Assembly (NCBI GenBank): GCA_016187515.1
Contig: JACPJN010000006.1
Span: forward strand, 64,856 to 128,855
Direction of reading: 5' to 3'
DNA: 64,000 nt
Source of the DNA: Candidatus Uhrbacteria bacterium
GTDB taxonomy: Bacteria > Patescibacteriota > Patescibacteriia > GWA2-47-26
Shown: positions 20,293-30,235 of the stretch, one piece after another
How the letters are laid out: every line of letters begins with the position of its first letter
Numbering within the stretch: the stretch's first letter is position 1
The notes under the pieces: generated by a model
What the model saw: only the letters and a program-made list of their open reading frames with translations
What the model was told of the DNA's origin: nothing
The model's database searches: none
Position numbers and translations under genes: made by a program

Positions 20293-20979
20293 CTAAACCC
20301 CTTCTAGCTGTAACTTAGTGACATCCTGCAAGGTCTGGATCTCGGCCAGATCCGGGTTATAGACCCGATAATACAATTCAATCAGCGCCGGGGTGTCCAA
20401 CATCCGGGCCGCCAAGCCAATCCCCGACAGACCAGATTGCGCGTGTCCCGCGCGCCGCGTGAGCTCCACGCGCTGCCGTTCAAACCGCTCGGAACTCAAA
20501 GACAGCGCGGTAAGCGGCCGGAGCACTTCTCCCAGGCGCGTCCAAAAACCTTTCCGTTTGTCGGAGACCGGCGAATAAGGAATCACCAGAAAAAATCGCT
20601 TGGTCATAATCTCGCCCAGCTCAACAAGCTCTTTAATAAATGAAAGGTAATCGGTAATCTGGATTCGCAACAGCTCATTGGATTGATTTTTCTCCGCCTG
20701 CTTAAGGCGCGCCAGATAATCGTCAATATTTAACTTCCGGGACTGAATCACAATCTGTAAAGGATAGTCCAGCGCGTTTAAAAACTGCGCGTAAGCGCTA
20801 ATCAGCGCGTTCTGCTCGTTTTCCGATTTAAGCGCGAAATTAAGGGAGGAAACCGCCAAGACCGCGCGGAGCGTGCCATCCTTTAAAATCACGGTATCTT
20901 CCTTGATCTCCGCGATATCCAGATAGTGCTGCACCGGCACGCCTTTTTTTAAAGATTTTTTAGCAATGCTCTTTTCCAT
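20293..20979 (-). CDS. T4SS-associated protein (VirB4 N-terminal-like)
   Basis: NFALKSENEQ, FLNALDYPLQIVIQSRKL; lies between PrgI and VirB4-like genes. Confidence 0.7.
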   Translation of the reverse strand: MEKSIAKKSLKKGVPVQHYLDIAEIKEDTVILKDGTLRAVLAVSSLNFALKSENEQNALISAYAQFLNALDYPLQIVIQSRKLNIDDYLARLKQAEKNQSNELLRIQITDYLSFIKELVELGEIMTKRFFLVIPYSPVSDKRKGFWTRLGEVLRPLTALSLSSERFERQRVELTRRAGHAQSGLSGIGLAARMLDTPALIELYYRVYNPDLAEIQTLQDVTKLQLEGV

Positions 20980-20989
20980 AATTCCTGAT

Positions 20990-21421
20990 TCATACTTCCT
21001 CGGCGCTGTATACTCCGCCGGTGTCCACTTGCAAAGCAATCTCGGCCAGCCGCGAAGCGGTTAGCGGCGTTTTGCGCGGCGCGACTTTGGCGGGCGGGGA
21101 GGGGGGTAACTTTAGCGACTGCTTCAGAATCGCGTTCGGAGTGGTCTTGTCCCATATTTGAAGATTGGGCGAACGCCAGGTCTGCAGGATGTTCAGCAGG
21201 AAAAAGTGAAACGGCTGTCCGTTGATGCGCACAAAAGCCAAGACGATCGAACCGATAAAAACCAGCCCGGCAAATATAATAAAGTAGGTAAAGGCGAAAA
21301 TTTTGTAAAAAGTAAAAATAAGCAGCGCGCCCGCCAGCATAATAATAAACTGCCGCGTGGTAACCGGGCCGATAATCTTGTCTTCAACATCGATGAATTG
21401 GGGGACGGTGAATTGATTCAT
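20990..21421 (-). CDS. PrgI family protein
   Basis: QFTVPQFIDVEDKIIGPVTTRQF plus two TM helices. Confidence 0.85.
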   Translation of the reverse strand: MNQFTVPQFIDVEDKIIGPVTTRQFIIMLAGALLIFTFYKIFAFTYFIIFAGLVFIGSIVLAFVRINGQPFHFFLLNILQTWRSPNLQIWDKTTPNAILKQSLKLPPSPPAKVAPRKTPLTASRLAEIALQVDTGGVYSAEEV

Positions 21422-21509
21422 AGATACCGCGGAACTTATACAGAACTAGAACGGATCTTACACTGACGTTTCCGCATATGTTCCGCTATGGTTCCGTATA
21501 TGTTCAGTG

Positions 21510-22817
21510 TCAGAAACGGAGTTTCTGATTCAACTCCATTATAGCATAGAATTCCTCGCGGGTAAGGGTAGCTTCGCCGCTCGCCAAGGTTTCGGGAGCA
21601 ACTTTCTGGTAAAGCGCCTCTCCGGTAATCTTCGCGTATAACCCGTAAAGCGGCGATTTTTTCCAGGCCGCGATCGCCGCCAGCCGCCGCGCCAGGGATT
21701 CCTGCCCGATAAACTCGATTTTACCCGAAATTTTAGTCACCCTTTCATCAACGGTGCCGGCTAGTTTTCTAAAATCCTCCAGTGTCAAACTTTGCAATTC
21801 GTCAACCGGCCCCAGAAGTTTCGGCGCCGGGCGGATGTCGGTAACTTTCGAGGGCGTAGGGCGTAGGGCGTAGGGCGTAGGGCGGAGAGTCGGCAAAGCT
21901 TCTGTTTTCTGTCTTCTGTTTTCTGTTTTCTGGATTGGCGGCGGGGGTGGGGGTGGAATAACCGCCGGAAGAGAAGCCGGCAACCGCGCGGGTTTGGGGG
22001 GTTGGGAAATGACTGGCGCTGGCGGGGGTGGCGGTTTTGGAATGGTAATTTTGGGTTTGGAACTTACGCCAGTAAGGCGTCGATACCGTTCTTCTAATTC
22101 TTCTTCCTCTTTCTTTTTTAGCAACTGCACTTGCTTGGCTTGCGCTTCATATTGCGCTCGCCTGCGTTCCTGCCGCCGCTTCTCCTCCATGGCTTTCCAT
22201 TTCGCCTGAAATTCTTTAAATGCTTTTTCAATAATCTCCACCACCAAAGTTGTATCTAATTCGCTAATCTCTAATCCGCCAATTCGCCTATTCCGCGTGA
22301 GCATCTCCCGCGTCTCTGTCGCATCCCGCACCTCGCGCAGCCGCGCCGACACAATCATTCGAAATCTTTTACTTAACACCGGATCGCCTAACCAATCAAC
22401 ATTTTGAATTTTTTCAGCCTGAGGCTGATCCGCCTTTGGCGGAAATTTTACATTTTTCATTACCTGATCAATCAATTCCTCCAGCTCCACCCGCAACGGA
22501 TGTTCTTCGTGGGAAACCGGCGCACTTGCTATCGGTTTGGATATTGGAGATTGTCCGCCCAAGGCGGACCCGCCTCGGGCGGGGATATTGGATATTGTTT
22601 CGAGTTTCGTGCTTCGGATTTCGGATTTCTCTCCCATCTTCTCATACTCCTCCCTCGTCACCCCCTTGGGCAACTCTTTCATAACTAGCCCCTGACCCCT
22701 AGCCCCTAGCCCCTTTTCCTCGTACGGCAAAAGCTCCTCCCCTTTAAGGATATACCATTTTCCGTCCGTTCCTTTGACTAAAATCTCGTCCATATTTTTG
22801 TACAAATCCTTATCCAC
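21510..22817 (-). CDS. Hypothetical protein, coiled-coil/Pro-rich
   Basis: 435-aa ORF with several repeat-derived inserts; start uncertain (GTG 22817 or ATG 22793); TTGATC-17-TATAAT promoter upstream. Confidence 0.7.
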   Translation of the reverse strand: MDKDLYKNMDEILVKGTDGKWYILKGEELLPYEEKGLGARGQGLVMKELPKGVTREEYEKMGEKSEIRSTKLETISNIPARGGSALGGQSPISKPIASAPVSHEEHPLRVELEELIDQVMKNVKFPPKADQPQAEKIQNVDWLGDPVLSKRFRMIVSARLREVRDATETREMLTRNRRIGGLEISELDTTLVVEIIEKAFKEFQAKWKAMEEKRRQERRRAQYEAQAKQVQLLKKKEEEELEERYRRLTGVSSKPKITIPKPPPPPAPVISQPPKPARLPASLPAVIPPPPPPPIQKTENRRQKTEALPTLRPTPYALRPTPSKVTDIRPAPKLLGPVDELQSLTLEDFRKLAGTVDERVTKISGKIEFIGQESLARRLAAIAAWKKSPLYGLYAKITGEALYQKVAPETLASGEATLTREEFYAIMELNQKLRF

Positions 22818-23019
22818 ACCCCGCCTCTTGATAAATTATACAAGGTGCCAGATGATTGATCAAAGTATTCCGAACTTGACATAAATATCTCTTATATGAT
22901 ACCATAGTATTATCACGATGAGAGGGCACACCTAAGGTTCGTCCGAAGGTTACTCCCTCTCTTTGTTATGTTATCCCCACCCTCTCTTGACAAATTATTT
23001 CAGTATGGTATAGTATTAT

Positions 23020-23108
23020 TGTGATAATGCTCTGGCGTATCCCCCTCGGGGATAGCGTCAGATGACGAACCTCTCCCCACCGCAAGGTGGGGGGATTCTT
23101 TTTATCAT
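23020..23108 (+). ncRNA. Candidate structured small RNA convergent on the NYN gene
   Basis: TTGACA(22987)-16-TATAGT promoter; two hairpins (one with GCAA tetraloop) enclosed by GTGATAA/TTATCAT. Confidence 0.45.
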
Positions 23109-23114
23109 GAACTG

Positions 23115-23633
23115 TCAAACAAGTTCAATTTGATCACGCAATTTCTTCAAATTTATAAACTTAGCACGCTGTAAGAGTTCTCGAGAAATGTGATCTTTCA
23201 CTGACATTACAATAATCCGCTTGCCGTGCGACTTTACACGATCAACCACTGGCGCAAAATCACTATCGCCCGATAAAAGGATAGCGGTATCATATTCAGT
23301 AATATGATCCAGTATATCCATCGTGAGCTCCACATCAAAGTCACCCTTCCACTCATAAATACCATGAGCAATACGGATTTTCTTGACTGGTTTGGTACGA
23401 ACAATATAACCGTTCGTTTGCAGCATACGGAGAAAACGCTCCTGCTGTGGTCGCATTGCATCATGAGCGGTGTAGACAAACATTTTGCTCGCATTGCACT
23501 CTTTAGTAAAGTATTCCCGTAATCTGACGTACGATATTCGCCACTTCAATGATCGCTGAGAATAAAATATATTCGCGGCGTCAATAAACACATATACTCG
23601 CCCCTTGACAAAATTTCTGATCATAGTTTCCAT
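23115..23633 (-). CDS. NYN/LabA-like PIN-fold nuclease
   Basis: VFIDAANIFY, KGDFDVELTMD, LLSGDSDF. Confidence 0.9.
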   Translation of the reverse strand: METMIRNFVKGRVYVFIDAANIFYSQRSLKWRISYVRLREYFTKECNASKMFVYTAHDAMRPQQERFLRMLQTNGYIVRTKPVKKIRIAHGIYEWKGDFDVELTMDILDHITEYDTAILLSGDSDFAPVVDRVKSHGKRIIVMSVKDHISRELLQRAKFINLKKLRDQIELV

Positions 23634-24874
23634 CTGAACATGCCTGACTGCTGATCGTAGTACGCCATATCAAAGTACTCCGGCTTGCCGTTTTGCTTCA
23701 AGATATTGCCCAGGCGCACGGCCACCGCCGCGGCCTCGGATTCATTCATCCGCATCCGGCGAACCAGTACAAAGCGCAAAAATTTACCGAGCGACACCGG
23801 TGAAGTCGGCGCCAGCGCAAACGCCGGCGCCTCCTCCGGTCTCCCCTCCTGCCGCAGATATTTTTCAAACTGCTCGCGCACCGGATTTTGCTCTTCAAGA
23901 AGCTTCAATAGCCACCCTTGACGCGCAAGCACAACCAGTGCTCCCAGCACCAGCGCGCGATCATGCGAGGCGCCCGGAAGCGGAAAAAGGTTATCATATA
24001 AGACCCGCGCTGTTTTTGAAAATTCACCTTGGCCTATCTCGTTCACTCGCTTCGCAGTAGATATAAGCTCATTATTAAATATTTCTACTAATTCTTTTAG
24101 TCCGGCTAATCCTTGTCCTTGGGGAGGAATGGCGCGCGGCGGTAGAGAGGCAGGCGATGCGGATGCTGAAATTATCCTCCGCTCTTTAAGCGCAACAGTT
24201 GGGAAACGTATAAAATCGTATACCTCCATTATTTTTAACAGTATTTGGCGATCCTGCGGATTAAGGCGTCTCGCGTTTGTTCCTTCATTAAAATATCGAA
24301 GCCGCTCAAGACTTCCGCGCATCGTAAAGGCCGGGAAAAACTGATCATAGTCCTTCAGCCAATCCCCCGCTGTCGGCGGCTTCGCCTGGAGTCCGCTACC
24401 AACAACAAGCGGATCACTGCCCACTGGCTCGCTGTTATTTTGAAGAGTTTGCATCAACCTCTTGCGCATCGCACCGTGAGCGACTCCATCTTCGAACGCA
24501 GAAAACCGTTCAGTAAGAAGACCAATTAAGTTGATGTCATCTTTTACCGCTGAAAGAAGGTGTTTTTCTAACAATTCCTCGACTTCTTCGGTTTTAATCA
24601 CAGCAAACGCCGCGAATTTCAAACGCACAATCAACCCTTGCGCCTGCGCATATTCGTCTGGCGCCTCTATTTCAAACTGGCTAAACTTCTTCAATAATTC
24701 TTCTAGCGCGCGAAATAGATCCTGCGCTTCTCCCGGTTCCGCTTCCTCCACTACTCTATCCACAAGCGCAGTTAGCGCTTTGATAGTTGCAGGATCACGA
24801 AAATTCGTTGCGTCAATCCTGCTGACCTCGTCCAGCACCGGAGTAACTCCAAAGATCGGGTGAAGTTCAAGCAT
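23621..24874 (-). CDS. Hypothetical protein in T4SS-like cluster
   Basis: 417-aa helical ORF starting 3 bp after the VirB6-like gene. Confidence 0.75.
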   Translation of the reverse strand: MLELHPIFGVTPVLDEVSRIDATNFRDPATIKALTALVDRVVEEAEPGEAQDLFRALEELLKKFSQFEIEAPDEYAQAQGLIVRLKFAAFAVIKTEEVEELLEKHLLSAVKDDINLIGLLTERFSAFEDGVAHGAMRKRLMQTLQNNSEPVGSDPLVVGSGLQAKPPTAGDWLKDYDQFFPAFTMRGSLERLRYFNEGTNARRLNPQDRQILLKIMEVYDFIRFPTVALKERRIISASASPASLPPRAIPPQGQGLAGLKELVEIFNNELISTAKRVNEIGQGEFSKTARVLYDNLFPLPGASHDRALVLGALVVLARQGWLLKLLEEQNPVREQFEKYLRQEGRPEEAPAFALAPTSPVSLGKFLRFVLVRRMRMNESEAAAVAVRLGNILKQNGKPEYFDMAYYDQQSGMFRWKL

Positions 24875-24877
24875 AAG

Positions 24878-27661
24878 TTATTTTGAAATATCACTGAAAA
24901 TATCTCCTAAATCACGCCGCACCTCATCTTCTGATAACCCGGCCCTAGAAAGAGAATCGCGTATTTCCGTAACAGATGCACCCTCGCTTGGCAATGCCGT
25001 ATCAAGTTTTACGAGCTTCTTGGAAAGTTCGCCAAATTCCACGCCCATTCCTCTTTCTAACCCGGAGATCTCGCTATTCAGATCTTTAATGAGTTTTCTA
25101 ATGGCACGAAATATCGGTTGATTTTCAACAAACCCGGGCCGTGCAATATCGCGCATGACCGCACCCATTTGCGGCTTAATCGAGGTCTGAATAATCGTGG
25201 ATTGCTGTATGATCTGCTGGGGAGCAGCGCCAGCTCCACCGCCAGTCGGCGCTGGACCAACGGGGGCAGGTTCTGATGGAGCAGCTGGAGCAGCTGGGGC
25301 AGGAGTTGGGGCAGCACCGCCAGCAGGCGCTCCGCCTCCTGCCGGAGTTCCTCCAGCAGGAGTTCCACCCGATTCCTCTTCCCTCGGCGGCTGTAATTTA
25401 CCTTTGTATTCGATTGTCTTGATAAGATTTCCTTCCTGGTCCACGATATTAAATTTTTTCTGACTAAGAATCTCTTTCATCGTCTTGTTGGTAATTGCCC
25501 CATACATGGCAAATACATAATCGCTGTTTATCTCGTCATTAAATTTAGAAACGTAATCGGCCATGGCCGTATTTCCTTGAACCTGGGGGTTTCCTCTTGG
25601 ATCTGCGGTTTCATGAATTTCCGTGCCTAAACTCCAAGCTGGCACTCGCCTTTGTATGCGGGTCGGCTCTCTTGCTGCTGATGGCGCCATTGCATGAATC
25701 ATTGCTGTCTCTGCCTCACCTATTGTACCGTAAGTATCTGCAGAATCCTCCGCGTCAATCCTCCCTTCTTTATTGGGGGCTTGTCGTAGCGCATGAAATA
25801 CATGCGGCGCGGCGCCAGTACGATCGCGATCGCCAAGCTTACCAAACTCTTCGAGCGCGTAGTCCTTAAGCCATTCCTTGTTTCCTACTTCATATTTGCC
25901 CTTCTCTGGATTATACCGAGCATGTCCAAGATATTCCCAGTGTTTCGTCTGCTTCCCCGGTTCTTCAAGAGCAGTAATCATGCGCAGTTGAAATTGCCAG
26001 CGATCAGCATCCGTGGTTGCCATATCTATTCCTTTACCGCTGCCCACTCCGGCGCCCGTCATATAATCCATAAGTAATTCCTGCAGCATTTCTTTATTGT
26101 AAAATGTGCCATCCGTATAGCCATACTTCTGACGGCCAAGATCCACTAATTTCTGGCGCAATACCGGCATGCGGGCAATATCATCTAAAAATCCTCCGTG
26201 TGCGGCAACCGAGACAATCGCCGCGCGCGCGCGTTCACCTTCCGGTCCGCCAAGGGTCTCGAGTTCCACCGCTTTTCTCATGACTGCTTCTTTGGACAAG
26301 AACGAAAAATCTTTAGCATATTGACCTACCAGCCCATGCTCCGCGACCTCGCGCAACGGAAGCCGCCGCTTTCCACGAGTAAAAATAATATTCGACTCTT
26401 CTTCTGCTTCAGCCGATGCGATTTTCCGTGATTCCTCCAGCAAAACTTCCCCCCGTTTCAAAAAACCTTTCCAGCCAGTAGGGGTGGCGTACTTGACTGC
26501 GCGGCGTAATACTCCTCCGCCGGGTTTTGTTGAAAAATCCAGCAGTGCTCGCTCTGCCCGATGTAATCCCAACCCTGCCCCAAACGCAACCGGCGCGGCC
26601 AGGGCTTTCCCGCCGAACCTCAAGGCGCGGGTAGCGGCGCTCTTGGCTTTCCCCGCCACGCCCGCAATGGCCCCGCCCATTTGCTGGGACATTTGCACTC
26701 CGGCCAAAAGCATAAAGATCCCGATAATGTAGGTAATGAACGCATCCGTCGAGCCCACTCCCGAGCACGCGGTCTGGATAACCGTGTCCTCCGCCGGTTT
26801 ACCCTCCGGGAAAAGCGTGCTGGCCGACTCTCCGCCGCCTACCGTAATAAGCGCGAGCCAAATAAAGAACGCCAGCATTGGCCCGGCCATGGTTTGATTT
26901 TTAAATTCTTCCCACCACTGCGCGTAATACTTTTGTCCTTGCGGAAACGTGCCGGCTAAAAATGCCACCGGCGAAAGAATCGTCAGCAGCCAAAGCATAA
27001 TAATGCGCAGAGCGAGCACCGCGAAAATCACAAAGATCGTGACAATCGAGACCAGCACCATGCCAAAGGCCAAAGCATAAGCGCCAAACACTTCCCAAAT
27101 CCCAATCTCCTGACATCCGGAAGAAGTAAAACCGCCCTCGGCCTTTTTTAAAATATCCGCGATTTTAAAAAGATTGGCAAAATTTCCGCCAGCCGCGGCT
27201 TTAAAACCATTGACAAAGGTGAGCATGATCACCTGGGAAAAATCAATAAACACGCCCATGATGGTGCGTGAAAAATTCACGAGCACTGCCAAAATGAGCA
27301 GTTTAGGAAGGAGCTTTTTGTAGTGATATTCTTCTTGGCCCAAAATCGTGCCAAAGGCAATCAGGAGGAGCACCACGATAAAAAACATGTTGGCTACGTC
27401 GCGGACAATCACCCAACCCGCGACGACCGGCCGCGCGTTTACAAAATCCGTGTACTGGGCAATCCAAATCACGGCCTGCACCAGCATGGTTAACACCCCG
27501 CCTAAAAATCTGGTAAAGACCTCGAGGATCCGGGTCAAGATTCGCAACACATCATCACCAAGTCCAAAACTCTCCGCCGCGCGAATTGGCCAAGCCAAAA
27601 CCAAAACCCCCAGACCAAACAGGACTAGGCCGGACAAAATAATCTTCTTGCGCTTGGCCAT
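24878..27661 (-). CDS. VirB6/TrbL-like polytopic protein with long soluble C-terminus
   Basis: GWVIVRDVANMFFIVVLLLIAFGTIL, LVNFS, LRIIMLWLLTILSPVAF..FP..WW. Confidence 0.75.
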   Translation of the reverse strand: MAKRKKIILSGLVLFGLGVLVLAWPIRAAESFGLGDDVLRILTRILEVFTRFLGGVLTMLVQAVIWIAQYTDFVNARPVVAGWVIVRDVANMFFIVVLLLIAFGTILGQEEYHYKKLLPKLLILAVLVNFSRTIMGVFIDFSQVIMLTFVNGFKAAAGGNFANLFKIADILKKAEGGFTSSGCQEIGIWEVFGAYALAFGMVLVSIVTIFVIFAVLALRIIMLWLLTILSPVAFLAGTFPQGQKYYAQWWEEFKNQTMAGPMLAFFIWLALITVGGGESASTLFPEGKPAEDTVIQTACSGVGSTDAFITYIIGIFMLLAGVQMSQQMGGAIAGVAGKAKSAATRALRFGGKALAAPVAFGAGLGLHRAERALLDFSTKPGGGVLRRAVKYATPTGWKGFLKRGEVLLEESRKIASAEAEEESNIIFTRGKRRLPLREVAEHGLVGQYAKDFSFLSKEAVMRKAVELETLGGPEGERARAAIVSVAAHGGFLDDIARMPVLRQKLVDLGRQKYGYTDGTFYNKEMLQELLMDYMTGAGVGSGKGIDMATTDADRWQFQLRMITALEEPGKQTKHWEYLGHARYNPEKGKYEVGNKEWLKDYALEEFGKLGDRDRTGAAPHVFHALRQAPNKEGRIDAEDSADTYGTIGEAETAMIHAMAPSAAREPTRIQRRVPAWSLGTEIHETADPRGNPQVQGNTAMADYVSKFNDEINSDYVFAMYGAITNKTMKEILSQKKFNIVDQEGNLIKTIEYKGKLQPPREEESGGTPAGGTPAGGGAPAGGAAPTPAPAAPAAPSEPAPVGPAPTGGGAGAAPQQIIQQSTIIQTSIKPQMGAVMRDIARPGFVENQPIFRAIRKLIKDLNSEISGLERGMGVEFGELSKKLVKLDTALPSEGASVTEIRDSLSRAGLSEDEVRRDLGDIFSDISK

Positions 27662-27682
27662 AGTATTGCTAATAGTATGAGA

Positions 27683-27810
27683 CCGTTGAACAATTGATTA
27701 TTCGTGTTCATTCGTCAGGCCGCCTGGCCAGGGCAACGCAGGAAACCAGCGATTCCGGCGGCCGTCTATTCGTGAATATTCGTGTGAATCTGCGCCGGTG
27801 TTAATTCTTC
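27683..27810. repeat. ~125-bp dispersed structured repeat, copy 2
   Basis: Matches 7865-7991 in the same orientation. Confidence 0.85.
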
Positions 27811-27896
27811 GATGGTTTCAGTATACCACGCTCTTCAAATCCTTGACAATCCAGGAAAAACTTGTTAGGATGGGTCTGGGCAACCAGGAGGAAACC

Positions 27897-28580
27897 ATGG
27901 AAAAACTGACGCGCCATGCGGCGCTGACCGCTCTTTTCACGTTCTGTACCGCTTCTTGCACGAGCAAAATCCCGAGCGAGGGGGGCGAGTCGGAACCCGA
28001 GGGCGACCAGCCCTGTCCCAGGGAGGGCTGCGAGACCGATATACCCTGCCGCGATGACGACCATTGCCCGGACGACGATCCCTGCCGCGACTACTTCTGC
28101 GAGGGCCGCGGCGGGTACTGCCGGTACACGGCGACCGACGAAGACGGCGACGGCTATGTGCGCGCCAGTTGCGGCGGAGGCGATTGCGATGACCGGCCGT
28201 CACATGGTCGGTACACCAATCCCGGCATGGAGGAAAGGTGCAATGGCGAAGACGACAACTGCGATGGCGAAGTGGATGAGGATCTGCAGGATCAGCCCTG
28301 CGGCCCCGCAACAGCAGTCGAATTCTGTCGCCTGGGAAGTCGGTCCTGCGCGGACGGGGCCTGGACCGAATGTACATGGAAGTTCTTCCCTCCGCAAGAA
28401 GAGGTATGCAGCGGCGGGGACGACGATTGCGAGTGGTGTTCGATGCTGTGCGATCCTGCCCATGATGGCTGTTGCTGTTCTTATCCTGATATCTGTTTTA
28501 GCGTGCGAGACGCAGACCGAGCCACAGACTACGGGGTCTGTATGTCCTACGATGAATTCACGTCTTACGATGAACTCTGA
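27897..28580 (+). CDS. MopE-repeat Cys-rich lipoprotein (passenger 1)
   Basis: TTGACA(27843)-17-TAGGAT promoter, AGGAGG RBS, TASC lipobox-like, D.DGDGY..DCDD..PG.EE.CNG.DDNCDG..DE. Confidence 0.8.
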   Translation: MEKLTRHAALTALFTFCTASCTSKIPSEGGESEPEGDQPCPREGCETDIPCRDDDHCPDDDPCRDYFCEGRGGYCRYTATDEDGDGYVRASCGGGDCDDRPSHGRYTNPGMEERCNGEDDNCDGEVDEDLQDQPCGPATAVEFCRLGSRSCADGAWTECTWKFFPPQEEVCSGGDDDCEWCSMLCDPAHDGCCCSYPDICFSVRDADRATDYGVCMSYDEFTSYDEL

Positions 28581-28610
28581 CCCCCTGCCAGCCGTCCTTT
28601 TGACTTCAAA

Positions 28611-28665
28611 GCCGGCCGGGAAGGCGGCGCGCCACGCGCCCCTTCTCCGGCCGGCGATTTTTTTA
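28611..28665 (+). terminator. Intrinsic terminator of passenger 1
   Basis: GCCGGCCGG...CCGGCCGGC stem followed by a T-run. Confidence 0.6.
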
Positions 28666-28781
28666 CATCGCCCCTCACCCCATCCCCCCCTTCGCGAAGG
28701 GGGGACCAACCCTCTCCCCACGGGGAGAGGGGGTGTCGAGGTAATACGCGAAATCAATGGCGCGCAAGCGCCGTTCCCTTT

Positions 28782-28991
28782 TTATTGTTCCGGCGCGACA
28801 ATGATTCTACCTTGATAGAACGTCCAGGGACTAACGGGGCCTGGCGGGGGAACAGGCGGATGACTGCACTCCTCATCAAGGGCAAGGCCTCCGCCCGGAC
28901 TCGAATTATTTCCATACCCTCCATTGCAATATCCCCAATTATCTTTTATTTGCACTGCCGGACGGAACACACAGCAACCCCCGCGCACGCC
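28782..28991 (-). pseudogene. Orphan alternative C-terminal tip A of the 2984-aa protein
   Basis: GVRGGCCVFRPAVQIKDNWGYCNG-GYGNNSSPGGGLALDEECSHPPVPPPGPVSPWTFYQGRIIVAPEQ*; first 24 aa identical to the giant protein. Confidence 0.85.
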
Positions 28992-29154
28992 TAAACCATC
29001 TGTGCAAAATAAGGTCCGGCCGGACCTTATTTTGACTACTTGTTTTTGCCGCATTTACCGCAATTGAATTGACGGTATTTCAATTTGTGATATTTTCCAT
29101 TAACTTGACAAACCCCAGCCGCCTTGATACTCTGCGTTTGAGGAGAAAAACATG
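28921..29154. repeat. ~230-bp cassette junction repeat, copy 1 (71-bp giant-gene block, 30-bp palindrome, promoter, RBS)
   Basis: Near-identical to 30165-30394; perfect palindrome CAAAATAAGGTCCGG/CCGGACCTTATTTTG at 29005-29034; TTGACA(29105)-17-TACTCT. Confidence 0.9.
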
Positions 29155-29949
29155 CAAAACCAGTACGCAGTTGCCAGAATTGGCAGAGTTTCCGTTCTTT
29201 TCATCATGCTCTTTGGAGCAGAAAACATCAGCTGTGGTGGAGAAGAAGGCCCTGCTGGACTGAGTTCCAATCCTCAGGACTGGCCGGTCCCGCCGCGGTG
29301 CGACTCAAGGGTCTGCGAGGTGGAAGCGCTGATAGACAATATGTGCGTTGAAGTGGAGGGAGTGGAGGACACAGAACTGGTCGGTATGTCCTGTAACATT
29401 AATAGCGACTCCTGCGAAGATGGGGTGTATGTGTGCCAGATGCTAGACTGTACACCGTTTATCGAGGAATGCTGCGACAACTGTCCCGAGTGGGAACGGT
29501 GGAAAGTTGGTTGTGAGCCGCGGTGCGCAGAAGAGGAAGATAAGCAAACGCAAAAACTCTTAAATGACCAGGCTGCAGAGCAATTCTGCGGCTGTCTGGA
29601 GGAAGAGGGGCTCTTGGGTGAATACCAGCTCTCGTGCACCGGACTTTGCCCCAGGTTTAATGGAGGTATTCCCTATGGAGAGCCCTTGTATGAACTTGAA
29701 AACGAGGCCCACTGCATTTGGGAGATGGCAATACACGGTATGCTCCATTACCTCACCGTAGACAGCAGTTGTCTTGACTCGGGCATTGGTCCCAATAGTA
29801 ACGGTGGAGAATGTGTAATCAATGCCAAAACATGCGACGAGGTGATTGCCTGTTTGTCTCCGGAGCAGAATCCGCATGATTACTGCGCAAATATCTGTGG
29901 CAACGCGCAAGATAGATGTATGAATGAATGCTGTTCTGCCCAAGAGTAA
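29152..29949 (+). CDS. Cys-rich secreted/lipoprotein (passenger 2)
   Basis: GAGGAG RBS, hydrophobic leader ending ISCGG, many Cys, acidic. Confidence 0.75.
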   Translation: MQNQYAVARIGRVSVLFIMLFGAENISCGGEEGPAGLSSNPQDWPVPPRCDSRVCEVEALIDNMCVEVEGVEDTELVGMSCNINSDSCEDGVYVCQMLDCTPFIEECCDNCPEWERWKVGCEPRCAEEEDKQTQKLLNDQAAEQFCGCLEEEGLLGEYQLSCTGLCPRFNGGIPYGEPLYELENEAHCIWEMAIHGMLHYLTVDSSCLDSGIGPNSNGGECVINAKTCDEVIACLSPEQNPHDYCANICGNAQDRCMNECCSAQE

Positions 29950-30013
29950 GGGGTGAAAAATAAAGAGGACACCCATCCCGCACGTCCCAGCCTACTTTCT
30001 AGGCTGGTCTTTT

Positions 30014-30235
30014 TTATCTCACCCGCTGCGGAGCGGTGAGGTAAATTGTTTGCGTAGCCGGAATCCAAGGGCCGGCGGCATTCGGAGTATCCGGATTCCA
30101 TTGCGCATTGCACTAATTATCAAAACAGGCCGTACCTCCGGGCGAAGTATTGCCGCCACATGTCCCGTTACAATATCCCCAATTATCTTTTATCTGCACT
30201 GCCGGACGGAACACACAGCACCCCCCGCGCACGCC
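30014..30235 (-). pseudogene. Orphan alternative C-terminal tip B of the 2984-aa protein (internal stop)
   Basis: Manual translation: GVRGGCCVFRPAVQIKDNWGYCNG-TCGGNTSPGGTACFDN*CNAQWNPDTPNAAGPWIPATQTIYLTAPQRVR*; TAG at 30113-30115. Confidence 0.85.

Noticed and set aside
22820-22880. Possible orphan 3' end of the 417-aa gene (EYFDQSSGTL versus AYYDQQSGMF)
   Set aside because: Similarity is too short, and the segment is explained by a TTGATC-17-TATAAT promoter for the 435-aa gene.
16923-27661. ICE or prophage integrated at tRNA-Ser
   Set aside because: No integrase, relaxase or duplicated tRNA 3' end was seen; the cluster looks like the resident Patescibacteria T4SS-like locus.
30113-30115. 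TAG readthrough or recoding in orphan tip B
   Set aside because: TAG is used as a normal stop elsewhere in the window; a nonsense mutation or sequencing error is simpler.
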